NCBI GenBank assembly: GCA_963695545.1
Contig: OY968796.1
Location: 3,072,001 to 3,136,000, forward strand
Reading direction: 5' to 3'
Origin: Terriglobia bacterium
Lineage (GTDB): Bacteria; Acidobacteriota; Terriglobia; Acidiferrales; UBA7541
Length of the DNA: 64,000 bases
Of this stretch, positions 28,931 to 40,647 are shown in pieces; positions within the stretch are counted from its first letter, which is position 1; every line of letters begins with the position of its first letter. Made by a program: the position numbers and the translations under genes. The notes below the pieces were generated by a model. The model was not told where the DNA came from. It ran no database searches and worked only from the letters and a program-made list of their open reading frames with translations.

Positions 28931-29983
28931 TCAATCTGCCGGCGCCGCTTGGTGTGCGTAATAGCCGGAGCGCGTGCGCACCGTCAGCTTGCCCATGCCG
29001 CGCGGCGGGGTGACCAGCACGGAGACGCTGCGGAACGTGCCGTCCTGCGCGGTGTTGGTGGGATAGTAGGCCAGCGTGTATTGATTGCGAATGTCGTGCG
29101 CGATCTGCGCGCAAATGGCCTCGGTGTCGCCGACGTCCTCCGGGAAAAATGCGGCGCCGCCTGTGGCATCGGTGAGCTGTTCCAGGGCGCGCTGGCCTTT
29201 GCGCTTATCGGACTTCGTGTCGTCGGAGCCGTACACGCCGATGGCGTAAATAATCGCGTCGGAATGGCGCGCTTCAGCGACGGTGTCCGCCAAACTGTGG
29301 TGGCTGAAATCGTCTTCGCCGTCGGTGATCACCAGCAGAACTTTCTTGTCCTTGTGTCCCTTTTTCAGATGGTCGAGCGAGCCGATCACGGCGTCGTAGA
29401 GCGCGGTGCTGCCGCGCGCGTCAATGCGCTCAAGCGCGGCTTTCATTTCCTCAATGTCGCTGGTGAAATCGTGTTCGGTGTCGAGGTAATAGTCGTCGTT
29501 GAAGTTGACGACGAAAGCTTCGTCCTGCGGATTGGAAGTCTCGACGAAGGTGAGCGCCGCGGCGTTTACCTGCGGCCGCTTGTCGCGCATGCTGCCGCTG
29601 TTGTCGATCACCAGGCCCACGCTGACGGGCACGTCCTCCTGCTTGAATACCGATAATTTCTGCTCGACCCGGTCTTCAAAGACGCGGAAATTATCCTCTT
29701 TCAAGCCCGGCACGAAAACGCCGCGATCGTCAAAAACCGAAGCATGCAGCACAACCAAGCTCACGTTGCTCTGGATCGTGTAACCGCCCTTGCCTTCGGT
29801 GGGAGTGGTCTGTGCGCCCGGCGCGCCAGGAGGGGGCGGCGGCTGCATGGTCTGATCCTGCATCTCCTGCATCATCTGGGGACGCGCCCAAGCCATGGCG
29901 GCGGCAGCTACCAGACTCAAAATCAGCGCGCAGGCGACGCGGGCACCGCTTCCGCCACGCCGGGGATTACTGGCTCGGCGCAA
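28931..29983 (-). CDS. Exported VWA-domain protein (Acidobacteria-type); start uncertain (TTG ~29983)
   Basis: V.LVVLHASVFD..G.FV.GL..DNF.VFED, MIDAS DNSGS, GSTALYDA, VITDGED, TGG.AFF, IA.DIRNQY.LAY.P...DG.FR. Confidence 0.88.
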   Translation of the reverse strand: MRRASNPRRGGSGARVACALILSLVAAAAMAWARPQMMQEMQDQTMQPPPPPGAPGAQTTPTEGKGGYTIQSNVSLVVLHASVFDDRGVFVPGLKEDNFRVFEDRVEQKLSVFKQEDVPVSVGLVIDNSGSMRDKRPQVNAAALTFVETSNPQDEAFVVNFNDDYYLDTEHDFTSDIEEMKAALERIDARGSTALYDAVIGSLDHLKKGHKDKKVLLVITDGEDDFSHHSLADTVAEARHSDAIIYAIGVYGSDDTKSDKRKGQRALEQLTDATGGAAFFPEDVGDTEAICAQIAHDIRNQYTLAYYPTNTAQDGTFRSVSVLVTPPRGMGKLTVRTRSGYYAHQAAPAD

Positions 29984-30959
29984 AATATCCTGTTTTGGCG
30001 TAGACGCTGAGAGGAGGCAGGCCTCGCGGCGGAGTGAGCTTGACTTTGATTTTGCGCCAGCTGCCGTCGCGGTTGGCGTTGCTTGGTCTGTAGGCCAGAA
30101 CATATTGGTTGCGAAGCTCCATTCCAATCTTCGCCGCGATATCCGGCAAGTCGTTCAGGTTCACGACCGGGAAAACCCGGCCGCCGCTCATCTCCGTCAG
30201 CTCGTTCAGCAGCGAGGGGCCTTCGAGCTCCTCGGGAGTGCGGCCTCGGATATCGATCGGATCGAAAATTCCGACCGCGTAGAGCTGACAGTCCGCTTCT
30301 TTTAAGAAGCTCTTAATGTCGCTCTCGTTGTACCGGCTATGATTATCGCCTCCATCCGATATGATGAGCAAGGCGCGCTTGGCGTTACGTGCACCCCTCA
30401 TTTCAGACAAGCCCAGGTAGATTGCGTCGAGCAGCGCCGTGCGGCCGTGCGCCGCGGTGAACATCATGCGGCTCTGCAGTTCGTCCACGCTGGAGGTGAA
30501 CGGGCTGGTAAGTTCGGCGCGGTCGTTGAAGCTCACCAGGAAAAATTCGTCGAGCGGATTGGCAGTGTGGAAGAACTGCACGGCCGCCTCGCGCGCTTTG
30601 TCCACTTTGTCGGACATGCTGCCGCTCATATCGAAGATCACGCCGATCGAAATCGGCACGTCCTCGCTCGAGAAGTTCACGATCTCCTGCTCCGTGCCGT
30701 CCTCGTAGACATGGAAATCTTCCTTCTCGAGGCCGGTCACCAGGCGATCGAACGGATCGGTCACCGTCACGTTCACGAGCGCGAGGTCCACGTCGACCTT
30801 GATGCCCATGACTTTGCCGGACGTTTTAGTCGTGGCGGAATCGGGAGGGGTAACTGGCTTCGTCGGCCCCGTGACTTGCGCGCGAACCGGCATCGCCACA
30901 AGCGCGTACAGCACCAAGATCAGCGAGCAGAAACTGGCGAGACGTCCGTTTGCCTGCAC
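29967..30959 (-). CDS. Exported VWA-domain protein (Acidobacteria-type)
   Basis: Signal peptide; MIDAS DMSGS, GRTALLDA, IISDGGDN.S, SGGRVF, ELRNQYVLAY.P...DG.WRKI. Confidence 0.9.
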   Translation of the reverse strand: MQANGRLASFCSLILVLYALVAMPVRAQVTGPTKPVTPPDSATTKTSGKVMGIKVDVDLALVNVTVTDPFDRLVTGLEKEDFHVYEDGTEQEIVNFSSEDVPISIGVIFDMSGSMSDKVDKAREAAVQFFHTANPLDEFFLVSFNDRAELTSPFTSSVDELQSRMMFTAAHGRTALLDAIYLGLSEMRGARNAKRALLIISDGGDNHSRYNESDIKSFLKEADCQLYAVGIFDPIDIRGRTPEELEGPSLLNELTEMSGGRVFPVVNLNDLPDIAAKIGMELRNQYVLAYRPSNANRDGSWRKIKVKLTPPRGLPPLSVYAKTGYFAPSQ

Positions 30960-31153
30960 CGCGCCTCCTGCTTGAATCCGGTCCAGCGACCGGCTGAGGC
31001 GTCACTCTGTGGGATTCTTTTGCGATTCTACCACGCGCTTCCGGCAACGCAAGCCCACCCCGCGCTGGCTTTCCGCAGGCTGTGATAGCATCGCGGAGAG
31101 ACGCGAATCGCGCCGCCTCACTGTAATTTCCTACGGAGGATCAACGGAATCGG

Positions 31154-31945
31154 ATGCCGGCCGAAACTTCCAATCGAAAGCCCAGCCGAGACGACGTACT
31201 GGCGATTATTCCCGCGCGCTATGCTTCGACGCGCTTGCCCGGCAAGCCTCTGGTAATGCTCGCTGGCAAGACCATGATCGAGCGCGTGTGGGAACGCGTT
31301 GCGCTGGCGAGTTCGGTGACGCGAGCGGTCGTTGCGACCGATGACGAGCGCGTGCTGAACGCTGTGCGCGCGTTCGGCGGCGACGCCGTGATGACGCGCG
31401 CGACGCATCGCTCCGGCACCGAGCGCGCTGCCGAAGTGGTTGCCGGCCCATTGGGACAGGGCAATGTGCGAATCGTCGTCAACGTGCAAGGTGATGAGCC
31501 GCTGCTCGATCCCGCGGCGATCGACGCAGCGGTGGAGGCACTCGATTCCGCGGACGAAATCGGCGTGGCCACGCTGGCGGTGCCGATTGCGGTTACCTCC
31601 GAGATCATGGATCCTAACGTGGTGAAGACCGTGCTCGATTTCGAGGATCGCGCTCTTTACTTTTCGCGCGCGCCGATTCCGTGGGTGCGCGATCGCGATG
31701 GACTCGTCCACGCGCGCCACTTGAAGCACCTGGGTCTATATGCTTTCCGCCGAGATACGCTGTTGGAATTTCCGACGCTGCCGACGGGAGTGCTCGAGCG
31801 CCTCGAGCAGCTCGAGCAATTGCGCTGGCTTGAAAACGGCTATCCGATTCGCGTTGTCGAAACGTTGAACGATTCCGTCGGCGTGGACGTGCCAGAAGAT
31901 GTGCCGCGCGTGGAAGCGTTGTTGCGCGCCGCCGGCGAAGGTTAA
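31154..31945 (+). CDS. kdsB: 3-deoxy-manno-octulosonate cytidylyltransferase
   Basis: IIPARYASTRLPGKPL, VATDD, SGTER, VNVQGDEP, ALYFSRAPIP, HLGLYAF, LEQLEQLRWLENG, GVD.PED. Confidence 0.96.
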   Translation: MPAETSNRKPSRDDVLAIIPARYASTRLPGKPLVMLAGKTMIERVWERVALASSVTRAVVATDDERVLNAVRAFGGDAVMTRATHRSGTERAAEVVAGPLGQGNVRIVVNVQGDEPLLDPAAIDAAVEALDSADEIGVATLAVPIAVTSEIMDPNVVKTVLDFEDRALYFSRAPIPWVRDRDGLVHARHLKHLGLYAFRRDTLLEFPTLPTGVLERLEQLEQLRWLENGYPIRVVETLNDSVGVDVPEDVPRVEALLRAAGEG

Positions 31946-31975
31946 ACCGCGGCGCGGCCAAACGCGATCGCCGCG

Positions 31976-34069
31976 TCAGAATTGCCGCGTGAGTTGTCCT
32001 GTAAGTGCCAAGGTCGGATCCGTGCCGACCAGGAATACGGTGTTCGAGTTGGCCACGTACGCCGCCAGATGGTACGTGTTGCTGCTCGGGTCCATCAGCG
32101 TCACACTGCCGCGTCCATTCACCGCAAGCGAATAGCCGCCCGTCAGCACAATCCCCGGCTGCAAGATCAAAGCATCGTTGCGGTCCCACGTTCCGGAAAC
32201 TACGCCGGCCGTCGTGCCCACGGTGAGTTGACCGGTTGCGTCCTGTTGCGCGGTCGTGGGAGGAGTGGCGCCGGTCCAGTTGAGCGCGAAACTTCCGGTG
32301 ACGTTTAGTGTCGAGAAAATGCCGCCGCGCTGGGCGACGACCTGACCGTCGGCCACGGTCGATGAATCCGTCTCCTGAATGAATCCCTGTCCGGGCGAAA
32401 CGAAGTAAATAACGAAGGTCATGGCCGGCTCGCCACTCGGGGTGATAGAGGCCGTGCCGCGTCCGCTGGCGGCAACGGAGTAGTTGCCGGTGAACTGCGC
32501 GGATGGCATGACGGTGCCGTTGTTATTTTCGTCGAGCAGGCAGCTCGAGGTCGGCAAGCTGGTGCAGAAATTGCCTCCGCCGTCAGCCAAAAATATTCCC
32601 GCCGTCGCGATCTTACCGGTCGTGCTGCGGCCCGCAATTGTGAAAACGTTCAGGCTTGAAAGGAAGCCGTCGTTCGCGGTACCGCCGGATTGCTGCAAGG
32701 CGTCGCCCACGAGGTCGGCCGAAGTGTCGGTTTCAATGAAGCGCACTTGGCCCGTCGAGATCATGTAGAAGGTGAACGTCGTCGGCCCGCTGAAGCCGTT
32801 GATCGTCGCCGTTCCGCGCCCGGTGGCAGAGTTGATGGCTCCGAAGTTGCCGGAAAAAGCCGCGGCGGGGGTGAGTGTGCCGCTGGCGTTGATATCTTCG
32901 AGGCCCGTTTGGAGCATGGCGCCCGTGCCGGTCGCTCTGAACTGGCCAACTTCGGATGTCGGCAGTGCCGCGCCGCTCACGCCAAAGAAGTCGAAGGCGT
33001 AGCCGCCCAGGAAGCTCGCTTGCGTGAATGACGACGGAGTCTGCAAATCCGCCTCGCCGCGAGCTGTGGCAAAATTATCGGCCTCGATCAACTTAATCTG
33101 GTTCGCATTGACAACCACCAAATCGTAATTCGTAGTACCGGTCGAGTCGGTGAGTGTGGCCGTGCCCCGGCCGTCGGGGCCGATTGCGTAATTACCGCTG
33201 ATGGCGCTGGTTGTGGCTGGCGAGCCGGCGAAGTGAACATCCTCGGTGCCGGAAATCGCGCTGATTCCGTCAGGTGTGAACTGGCCCGCGCGCGCGAAAA
33301 AGCCATTGGCATTCTGCCCCGCAAGAGAAAACGCGTAAGAGCCCTGCGCAGACGCCGCGGCATAATTCAGCGTCGCGGTCACGCCGGCCGCTTGGGTTGT
33401 GTCAGCGTCCAGGTAAGCTGAAACGAATACGGAGCCGCCCGGAGGCGGCACTTGGGGAGGAAAGTAATTGGCGGTCCCCATAGCTGTGTACGTGCCTCCG
33501 TTAGCGATGCACATTAAAACAGGGGCGCTCGTCTGCACGATCGTTCCGAGAGTTGCATTCCCGCCCGCGACGCTGCCGACTTCCCACGTAACGTCCGGGT
33601 TCTCGCAATTTTGCAGGCCGAACAGCGACACGGATAGTTCGGTCGGCGCGGCCGGGATTGACGGAGCCAGCGGCGACAGTGTCGCCGGAGAAATGCTCAC
33701 GACGGGAATCGGCGTGATGTCGACGGGGGCGGACGCAAACAGTGTAGTGTCTGCGGTGAGCTCAACGGAGATGTAGACATCCTCACCGCCCGCTGGCGTG
33801 AGCGTGGCGGGCGCCTGGTAGAGTCCCGTCGTGCTGATGGTGCCGATGCCGGTTGTGGCGTTGCCACCGACGATGCCATTGACCAGCCACGTCACGGCCG
33901 ACGTAGTTTCGTTTGTAATGGTGTCGCCGAATTGGGTGCTGGTGCCGGCCTCCATGGTTAGGCTCGTCGGAGAAATCGTAATCGTCGGGGTCGCGGCCGC
34001 GGTTGATTTGTGGCACCCGCCTGACGTGATCGCAAAGGCCATTGCCGCGAGCAGCGCGGCGCGCTTCAT
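31976..34069 (-). CDS. Lipoprotein with two Ig-like domains and four tandem beta-rich repeats
   Basis: MKRAALLAAMAFAITSGG-C lipobox-like signal; two VTW.V..GGNAT..GTI units; four ~110-aa repeats each containing GRG(T/S). Confidence 0.75.
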   Translation of the reverse strand: MKRAALLAAMAFAITSGGCHKSTAAATPTITISPTSLTMEAGTSTQFGDTITNETTSAVTWLVNGIVGGNATTGIGTISTTGLYQAPATLTPAGGEDVYISVELTADTTLFASAPVDITPIPVVSISPATLSPLAPSIPAAPTELSVSLFGLQNCENPDVTWEVGSVAGGNATLGTIVQTSAPVLMCIANGGTYTAMGTANYFPPQVPPPGGSVFVSAYLDADTTQAAGVTATLNYAAASAQGSYAFSLAGQNANGFFARAGQFTPDGISAISGTEDVHFAGSPATTSAISGNYAIGPDGRGTATLTDSTGTTNYDLVVVNANQIKLIEADNFATARGEADLQTPSSFTQASFLGGYAFDFFGVSGAALPTSEVGQFRATGTGAMLQTGLEDINASGTLTPAAAFSGNFGAINSATGRGTATINGFSGPTTFTFYMISTGQVRFIETDTSADLVGDALQQSGGTANDGFLSSLNVFTIAGRSTTGKIATAGIFLADGGGNFCTSLPTSSCLLDENNNGTVMPSAQFTGNYSVAASGRGTASITPSGEPAMTFVIYFVSPGQGFIQETDSSTVADGQVVAQRGGIFSTLNVTGSFALNWTGATPPTTAQQDATGQLTVGTTAGVVSGTWDRNDALILQPGIVLTGGYSLAVNGRGSVTLMDPSSNTYHLAAYVANSNTVFLVGTDPTLALTGQLTRQF

Positions 34070-34473
34070 CGATTGCCCCCGCATCGGGCCTCGCGGCTGT
34101 TGAGCGCGGCGGCACGCTGTCGCCTTTGCAGCAGCGGCGGCAATGGCATCCCCGCCGCAAACCGCTGGCTCGCGGTCACTTCTGCCGCAGCAATCGTTCT
34201 TCGCATCGCCCCACGCGCGGTCCCGCTAAGCATTGCGCTCCTTGCAGTTCGGCCCATCGCGCACAACCGTAGCATGTTCACCCCCAGAGCATTTTCCTGT
34301 AGCGGGCCTCAAAGTTCCAACGATATTCTTACCGCGTCCCCGGCCGGGCTTTGGCCGAGGATCTTGCCTGCTGCCGTCTCCACCGACGTCCACGCCCCGA
34401 GGGAACACCTATAGGACACGCCGGAGCGCCGAAAAGTTGCTTGGGGGCGCTGAAGCATCGGTATCTCACCCAA

Positions 34474-36253
<1,780 letters not shown>

Positions 36254-36296
36254 GTTAGTTTTCGCCGTAACTTAAGATTGCCCCGAGGTAACCTCC

Positions 36297-37151
36297 ATGA
36301 CGAAATTGAAAATCGGCGCCGCAACATTCTCGCGGATGGTGCTGTCTTTTGGCGGAGTCGCACTTTGCCTGGCTTTCGTCGCCAGCCAAGCTTTGGCTCA
36401 AAATGGCACAAAGCTCGATGCGCCGGTACAGTCCGAGAACCCCGTGCCGCGAGCGCCGGCCGCTCCGCCTGCGATGAAGGCGGCAATCCTCCACAAAGCG
36501 GAGACGGGCTATTACATCCTCCAAAGCCAGGGCCTCAAGGCTTTCCAGTGCAACGTTCAGCCCAATTGGACCGAGATCGTTCCTGATCCGGCGCAGCTCG
36601 CATTAGTCAGCCAGGTGCAGTTTTCGGCAGTAATCAACGACCAAGGCGGCGTGCAGGTATCTGCGTTCCTGCCGAATGGCGCGGCCATCGATCCCAGCGT
36701 GAATCAAATGGTCAGCGGCGTTCAACAAACGGTTTCTGGATTCTTCGAGACGTGGAACTCGATGGTTCTCTCCCCCGTGTTTTCGGCGGACGACGATGCC
36801 AAGCTTATTTATTCGTCCCAAGCGGACGGCTATCATTTCTCTCAAAAAAATGCGGACACGAGTGTGGACATTGTCATGACCAAGGATGCCTTGATGACGG
36901 CGATGAAAGTGACGACCGCGTCGTCGGTGATCGCCATGCAGCCTGTGTACATGGCGACGGACAAGGGCTTGCTGCTGACCAGCATGAATAGCGACATCAA
37001 CGGCGGAAAACAGAAAGTGAATTTCGAGGTCCAATACCAGAACGTCGAAGGGTTTGAGATGCCGGCGATGGTGGCCTACCAAGTGACGCTTCCCGATCAA
37101 GTCGTCTCGCTCGATATGAGTTTCGCTTCTTACACGCTCGCGAGGCAGTGA
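36297..37151 (+). CDS. Hypothetical exported beta-rich protein
   Basis: GAGG RBS, signal peptide ending ALA-Q, alternating-strand pattern throughout. Confidence 0.7.
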   Translation: MTKLKIGAATFSRMVLSFGGVALCLAFVASQALAQNGTKLDAPVQSENPVPRAPAAPPAMKAAILHKAETGYYILQSQGLKAFQCNVQPNWTEIVPDPAQLALVSQVQFSAVINDQGGVQVSAFLPNGAAIDPSVNQMVSGVQQTVSGFFETWNSMVLSPVFSADDDAKLIYSSQADGYHFSQKNADTSVDIVMTKDALMTAMKVTTASSVIAMQPVYMATDKGLLLTSMNSDINGGKQKVNFEVQYQNVEGFEMPAMVAYQVTLPDQVVSLDMSFASYTLARQ

Positions 37152-37224
37152 CCGGCCCGCCGGATTCGCGCACGCGCGCCGATTGCAAAACCGCGGCGTC
37201 CCGCATAGTCTAGGACGCGCCCTC

Positions 37225-38064
37225 ATGCCCGAAGCAAAACAGATTCCGATCGGGAAGTTTCGCGTTGGCGCCGGCTGTCCGCTGTTTCTGATTGCGGGGC
37301 CGTGCGTGATCGAAAGTGAAGCGCACGCGCGCATGATCGGCGAACGTTTGGTGGAAATCACCGCGGCGGCGAAAGTTTCTCTGGTATTCAAGGCATCGTT
37401 CGACAAGGCCAATCGCACTTCGCTTGCTTCGTTTCGCGGCCCAGGCATCACCGAAGGCCTGGCAATCCTCGGCCGCATCAAGCAGCAGCTTGGCGTGCCC
37501 GTGCTCACCGATATTCATGAGCCGGCGCAAGCCGCACTCGCCGCTGAAGTCTGCGACGTGCTGCAAATCCCCGCGTTCCTTTCGCGCCAAACCGATCTGC
37601 TGCTGGCCGCGGCGCGCACCGGGCGCGTGGTCAATCTGAAAAAAGGACAATTTCTTTCACCGTGGGACATGGCGCACGCCGTGGAAAAAGTGGCCAGTGC
37701 CGGAAATCACAAAGTGATCTTGACCGAGCGCGGCGTGTCGTTCGGTTACCAGAATCTCGTCGTCGATATGCGCTCGATCCCCATCATGAAGAAGACCGGC
37801 TGCCCCGTGGTCTTCGACGTCACACATGCCGTGCAATTGCCCGGCGCTGATGGCAACGCGAGCGGCGGCCAGCCCGAGTTCATTGAACCGCTCGCCCGCG
37901 CCGGAGTCGCGGCCGGCGCAGACGGCGTGTTCCTCGAAGTGCACAACGACCCTGCGCGCGCTCTCTCCGACGGCTCGAACGCGTTGGCGCTCGATCGTCT
38001 GCCCGCGCTGCTTGCAAAACTCGCGCCGCTCGCGGATTTGGTGCGCACCGTGGGGCTCGCATGA
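37225..38064 (+). CDS. kdsA: KDO 8-phosphate synthase
   Basis: LIAGPCVIES, FKASFDKANRTS..SFRGPG, LQIPAFL.RQTDL, KKGQF, ERG.SFGY.NLVVD, FDVTH, EVH..P..A.SD. Confidence 0.97.
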   Translation: MPEAKQIPIGKFRVGAGCPLFLIAGPCVIESEAHARMIGERLVEITAAAKVSLVFKASFDKANRTSLASFRGPGITEGLAILGRIKQQLGVPVLTDIHEPAQAALAAEVCDVLQIPAFLSRQTDLLLAAARTGRVVNLKKGQFLSPWDMAHAVEKVASAGNHKVILTERGVSFGYQNLVVDMRSIPIMKKTGCPVVFDVTHAVQLPGADGNASGGQPEFIEPLARAGVAAGADGVFLEVHNDPARALSDGSNALALDRLPALLAKLAPLADLVRTVGLA

Positions 38065-38074
38065 GCCGCCTCAC

Positions 38075-39034
38075 ATGAGCATGGAAACAGCCAAGCGCGT
38101 GTTGCGCATCGAGGCCGCGGCCATCAGCGATCTGATCGCGCGCCTTGATGTGCGATTTACGCAAGCAGTCGATTTGCTGCTCGCGTGCAAGGGACGCGTG
38201 GTCGTCACGGGCATGGGCAAATCGGGACTCGTCGGCAGAAAAATCGCGGCCACGCTGTCCAGCACCGGCACGCCGTCGCTGTTCTTACATCCGGCTGAAG
38301 CGCTGCATGGCGATCTCGGCATGCTCACGCGCCAGGACGCTGTGCTGGCCGTCAGCTACGGCGGCGAAACCGAAGAGATTCTCGCGCTACTCGAAACCAT
38401 CGAGCGGCTCGGCCTGCCGATCATTTCGCTCACCGGCAATCCCAAATCCACGCTCGCCGCCGCGAGTAAGGTTGTGCTCGACATTCGCGTCAGCGAAGAG
38501 GCCTGCTCGCTAAATCTCGCGCCCACGGCGTCCACCGCCGCGGCCATGGCCATGGGTGACGCTCTGGCGATCGCGCTGCTCGAGCGCCGCGGTTTCCGCG
38601 AAGGCGATTTCGCCGCGCTGCATCCAAAGGGCCGCCTGGGAATGAAGTTGTTGCGCGCCGAAAACTTGATGCACTCGGGAGATGCGCTGCCCCGGGTCGA
38701 CCCGTCGACGAAACTGACCGAAGTCATTTATGAAATGAGCAGCAAAGGTCTCGGCATGACCACCGTGATCGACGCCGATGGCCGCTTGGCCGGCATCCTC
38801 ACCGACGGCGATCTGCGCCGCGTGATGCAGAAGCGCGGCCCCGAAGTGTTTCACGCCGTCGCCGGAGAGTGCATGACGCGCGAACCCGCGACGATCGGTC
38901 CCGCGGAACTTGCCAGCCACGCTTTTCGCGTGATGGAAGAGCGCCACATCACTTCCCTCGTGGTCGTGGATGGCGAGCGCCGGCCGCTCGGCGTGCTGCA
39001 CCTGCACGATCTGTGGACGCTCGATCCGTCGTAG
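38075..39034 (+). CDS. kdsD: Arabinose-5-phosphate isomerase (KpsF/GutQ; SIS + CBS)
   Basis: GMGKSG..GRKIAAT.SSTGTP, HPAEALHGDLG, LAPTAST, GDALA, FAALHP.G.LG, CBS pair. Confidence 0.95.
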   Translation: MSMETAKRVLRIEAAAISDLIARLDVRFTQAVDLLLACKGRVVVTGMGKSGLVGRKIAATLSSTGTPSLFLHPAEALHGDLGMLTRQDAVLAVSYGGETEEILALLETIERLGLPIISLTGNPKSTLAAASKVVLDIRVSEEACSLNLAPTASTAAAMAMGDALAIALLERRGFREGDFAALHPKGRLGMKLLRAENLMHSGDALPRVDPSTKLTEVIYEMSSKGLGMTTVIDADGRLAGILTDGDLRRVMQKRGPEVFHAVAGECMTREPATIGPAELASHAFRVMEERHITSLVVVDGERRPLGVLHLHDLWTLDPS

Positions 39035-39053
39035 TCTCTCGGAGGAATCGTCA

Positions 39054-39626
39054 TTGCCAAACAATAAAAAGCCGTTTGCCGCGCCAGTCTCCGCCGCGGT
39101 CGCGCGCCGCGCGCGCCGCATTCGAGTTCTGCTTGTTGACGTCGACGGCGTGCTAACGGACGGCCACGTGTGGCTCCTCTCTCAGCCCGACGGCACGACG
39201 CTCGAGCTGAAAAGTTTTCACTCCCAGGACGGCGCCGGCCTCACGATCTTGAAGCTTGCCGGCTTTCGCACCGGCTTGATCACCGGCCGCGATTCCGCCG
39301 CGGTTACGCGCCGCGCCGCCGAATGTGGAATGGAATTTGTCTACCAGGCCGCGGCGGTGAAGCTCCCGATCTACGAAGAAATCTTGGAGAGGGCCGGCGT
39401 GCACGACGATGAAGTGGCCTACGTCGGCGACGATCTGCCCGACATTCCGGTAATGAAGCGCGTTGGCCTGGCTGTTGCGGTAGCTAACGCCATGCCCGAA
39501 GTGAAGCGCGCCGCGCATTACACCACCGCGCATTCCGGCGGCGATGGCGCCGTCCGCGAAGTCGTCGAGCTGCTTTTGAAATCCCAGGGCCGCTGGGAGG
39601 AAATGATCGGCAAAGCGCGCGCGTGA
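39054..39626 (+). CDS. kdsC: KDO 8-phosphate phosphatase (HAD family)
   Basis: DVDGVLTDG, F...DG.G, ITGR.S, YVGDDLPD, GG.GAVREV; TTG start after GGAGG. Confidence 0.93.
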   Translation: MPNNKKPFAAPVSAAVARRARRIRVLLVDVDGVLTDGHVWLLSQPDGTTLELKSFHSQDGAGLTILKLAGFRTGLITGRDSAAVTRRAAECGMEFVYQAAAVKLPIYEEILERAGVHDDEVAYVGDDLPDIPVMKRVGLAVAVANAMPEVKRAAHYTTAHSGGDGAVREVVELLLKSQGRWEEMIGKARA

Positions 39627-39630
39627 GCCG

Positions 39631-40314
39631 TTAGCTTCCTTGCGATTGTTTTCGCGCTAATTCGTTGATGTCCTGCGTTTCGAGCAACTTCTTCGGCGCG
39701 CCGTGCTTGGCGACTTCGAGCATCGCGCGCCCCATCCGGTCCGTGGTCGTCACACTTTTCGGAAACACGCGCAGCAGCACCGGAATCATCGGGCCCATCA
39801 CCGCGTACATCGCGCGATACCATCCCGTTTTCGATTTCTCTCCGTGGGTCGGCTGGATCACTCCAGGACGAAACATGTACGCCGCTTTGAAAGGGAGCTT
39901 CAATAGAGCGTTTTCCGTCGCCCCCTTCACGCGTGCCCACATCGATCGCCCATGTTCGGTGCTGTCGGTCCCCGTGCCTGACACGTAGCTGAATGTCATT
40001 CCCGGATCCACCTTCGCCAACGCGTTAGCGGCAGCCAGGGTCAGGTCATACGTGAGGTGCCGGTAGTCCGCTTCGGTCTTTCCCGCGGAGCTAACGCCCA
40101 GGCAAAAAAAGCACGCGTCGTAACCCCGCAGCTCGTCCTCGATGTCGGCGTAGTTGAAAAGATCCTTGCGCACAATTTCGCGCAGCTTCGCGTGTTTCTG
40201 CCCCGTCGCGGTGCGCCCGATCGAAAGCACGCTTTCGATCTCCGGGTCGAGCAAACATTCCCGCAGCACGCCTTGCCCGACCATCCCCGTCGCGCCGAAT
40301 AAAATGGTCTTCAC
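39631..40314 (-). CDS. NAD(P)-binding Rossmann-fold protein (epimerase-like)
   Basis: ILFGATGMVG, DACFFCLG, YVSG.G, WARVKG..EN, FRPG.I. Confidence 0.85.
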   Translation of the reverse strand: MKTILFGATGMVGQGVLRECLLDPEIESVLSIGRTATGQKHAKLREIVRKDLFNYADIEDELRGYDACFFCLGVSSAGKTEADYRHLTYDLTLAAANALAKVDPGMTFSYVSGTGTDSTEHGRSMWARVKGATENALLKLPFKAAYMFRPGVIQPTHGEKSKTGWYRAMYAVMGPMIPVLLRVFPKSVTTTDRMGRAMLEVAKHGAPKKLLETQDINELARKQSQGS

Positions 40315-40647
40315 CGAATGCAGCCTTCACCTTTCGCGCGATTTCCCGGGCAGCAGTCCCGCCGTCACATAAAAGCGCGAGCGAGCGCGTTGCGTATCGT
40401 AACTCCATCTCGGCTCGCGGCGCTGTAACTGTTCATCGTGGGAGCGGGATTGACGATCTCCGGACACATGCGTGTGCGGCTCAACACAATTCAGTTTTGC
40501 CGCTCTCGCTGAGCAATCGGACGGTGTTGACGAATCCCTTGTGTTTCGGGCCCTAATCGAAATCTCCATCAGGCGTCGGCGATGTGGAGACGCACTTGCT
40601 GTCAGACGAGAAAGGCCGTAAACGTGGCAACAATCAGGGGCACCGAC

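Noticed and set aside
34085..34470. Small ORFs or an ncRNA in the lipoprotein-pyrG gap
   Set aside because: No RBS, motif or recognisable RNA family; GC-rich pairing is expected by chance.
37826..38074. N-terminal extension of KdsD in the ORF track
   Set aside because: Overlaps kdsA; SIS-domain homology starts at ATG 38075/38081.
40315..40647. Riboswitch or ECF-sigma promoter ahead of the four-gene operon (GTCACA...CGTT, short hairpins)
   Set aside because: Spacing and structure do not convincingly fit any consensus I can verify by eye.
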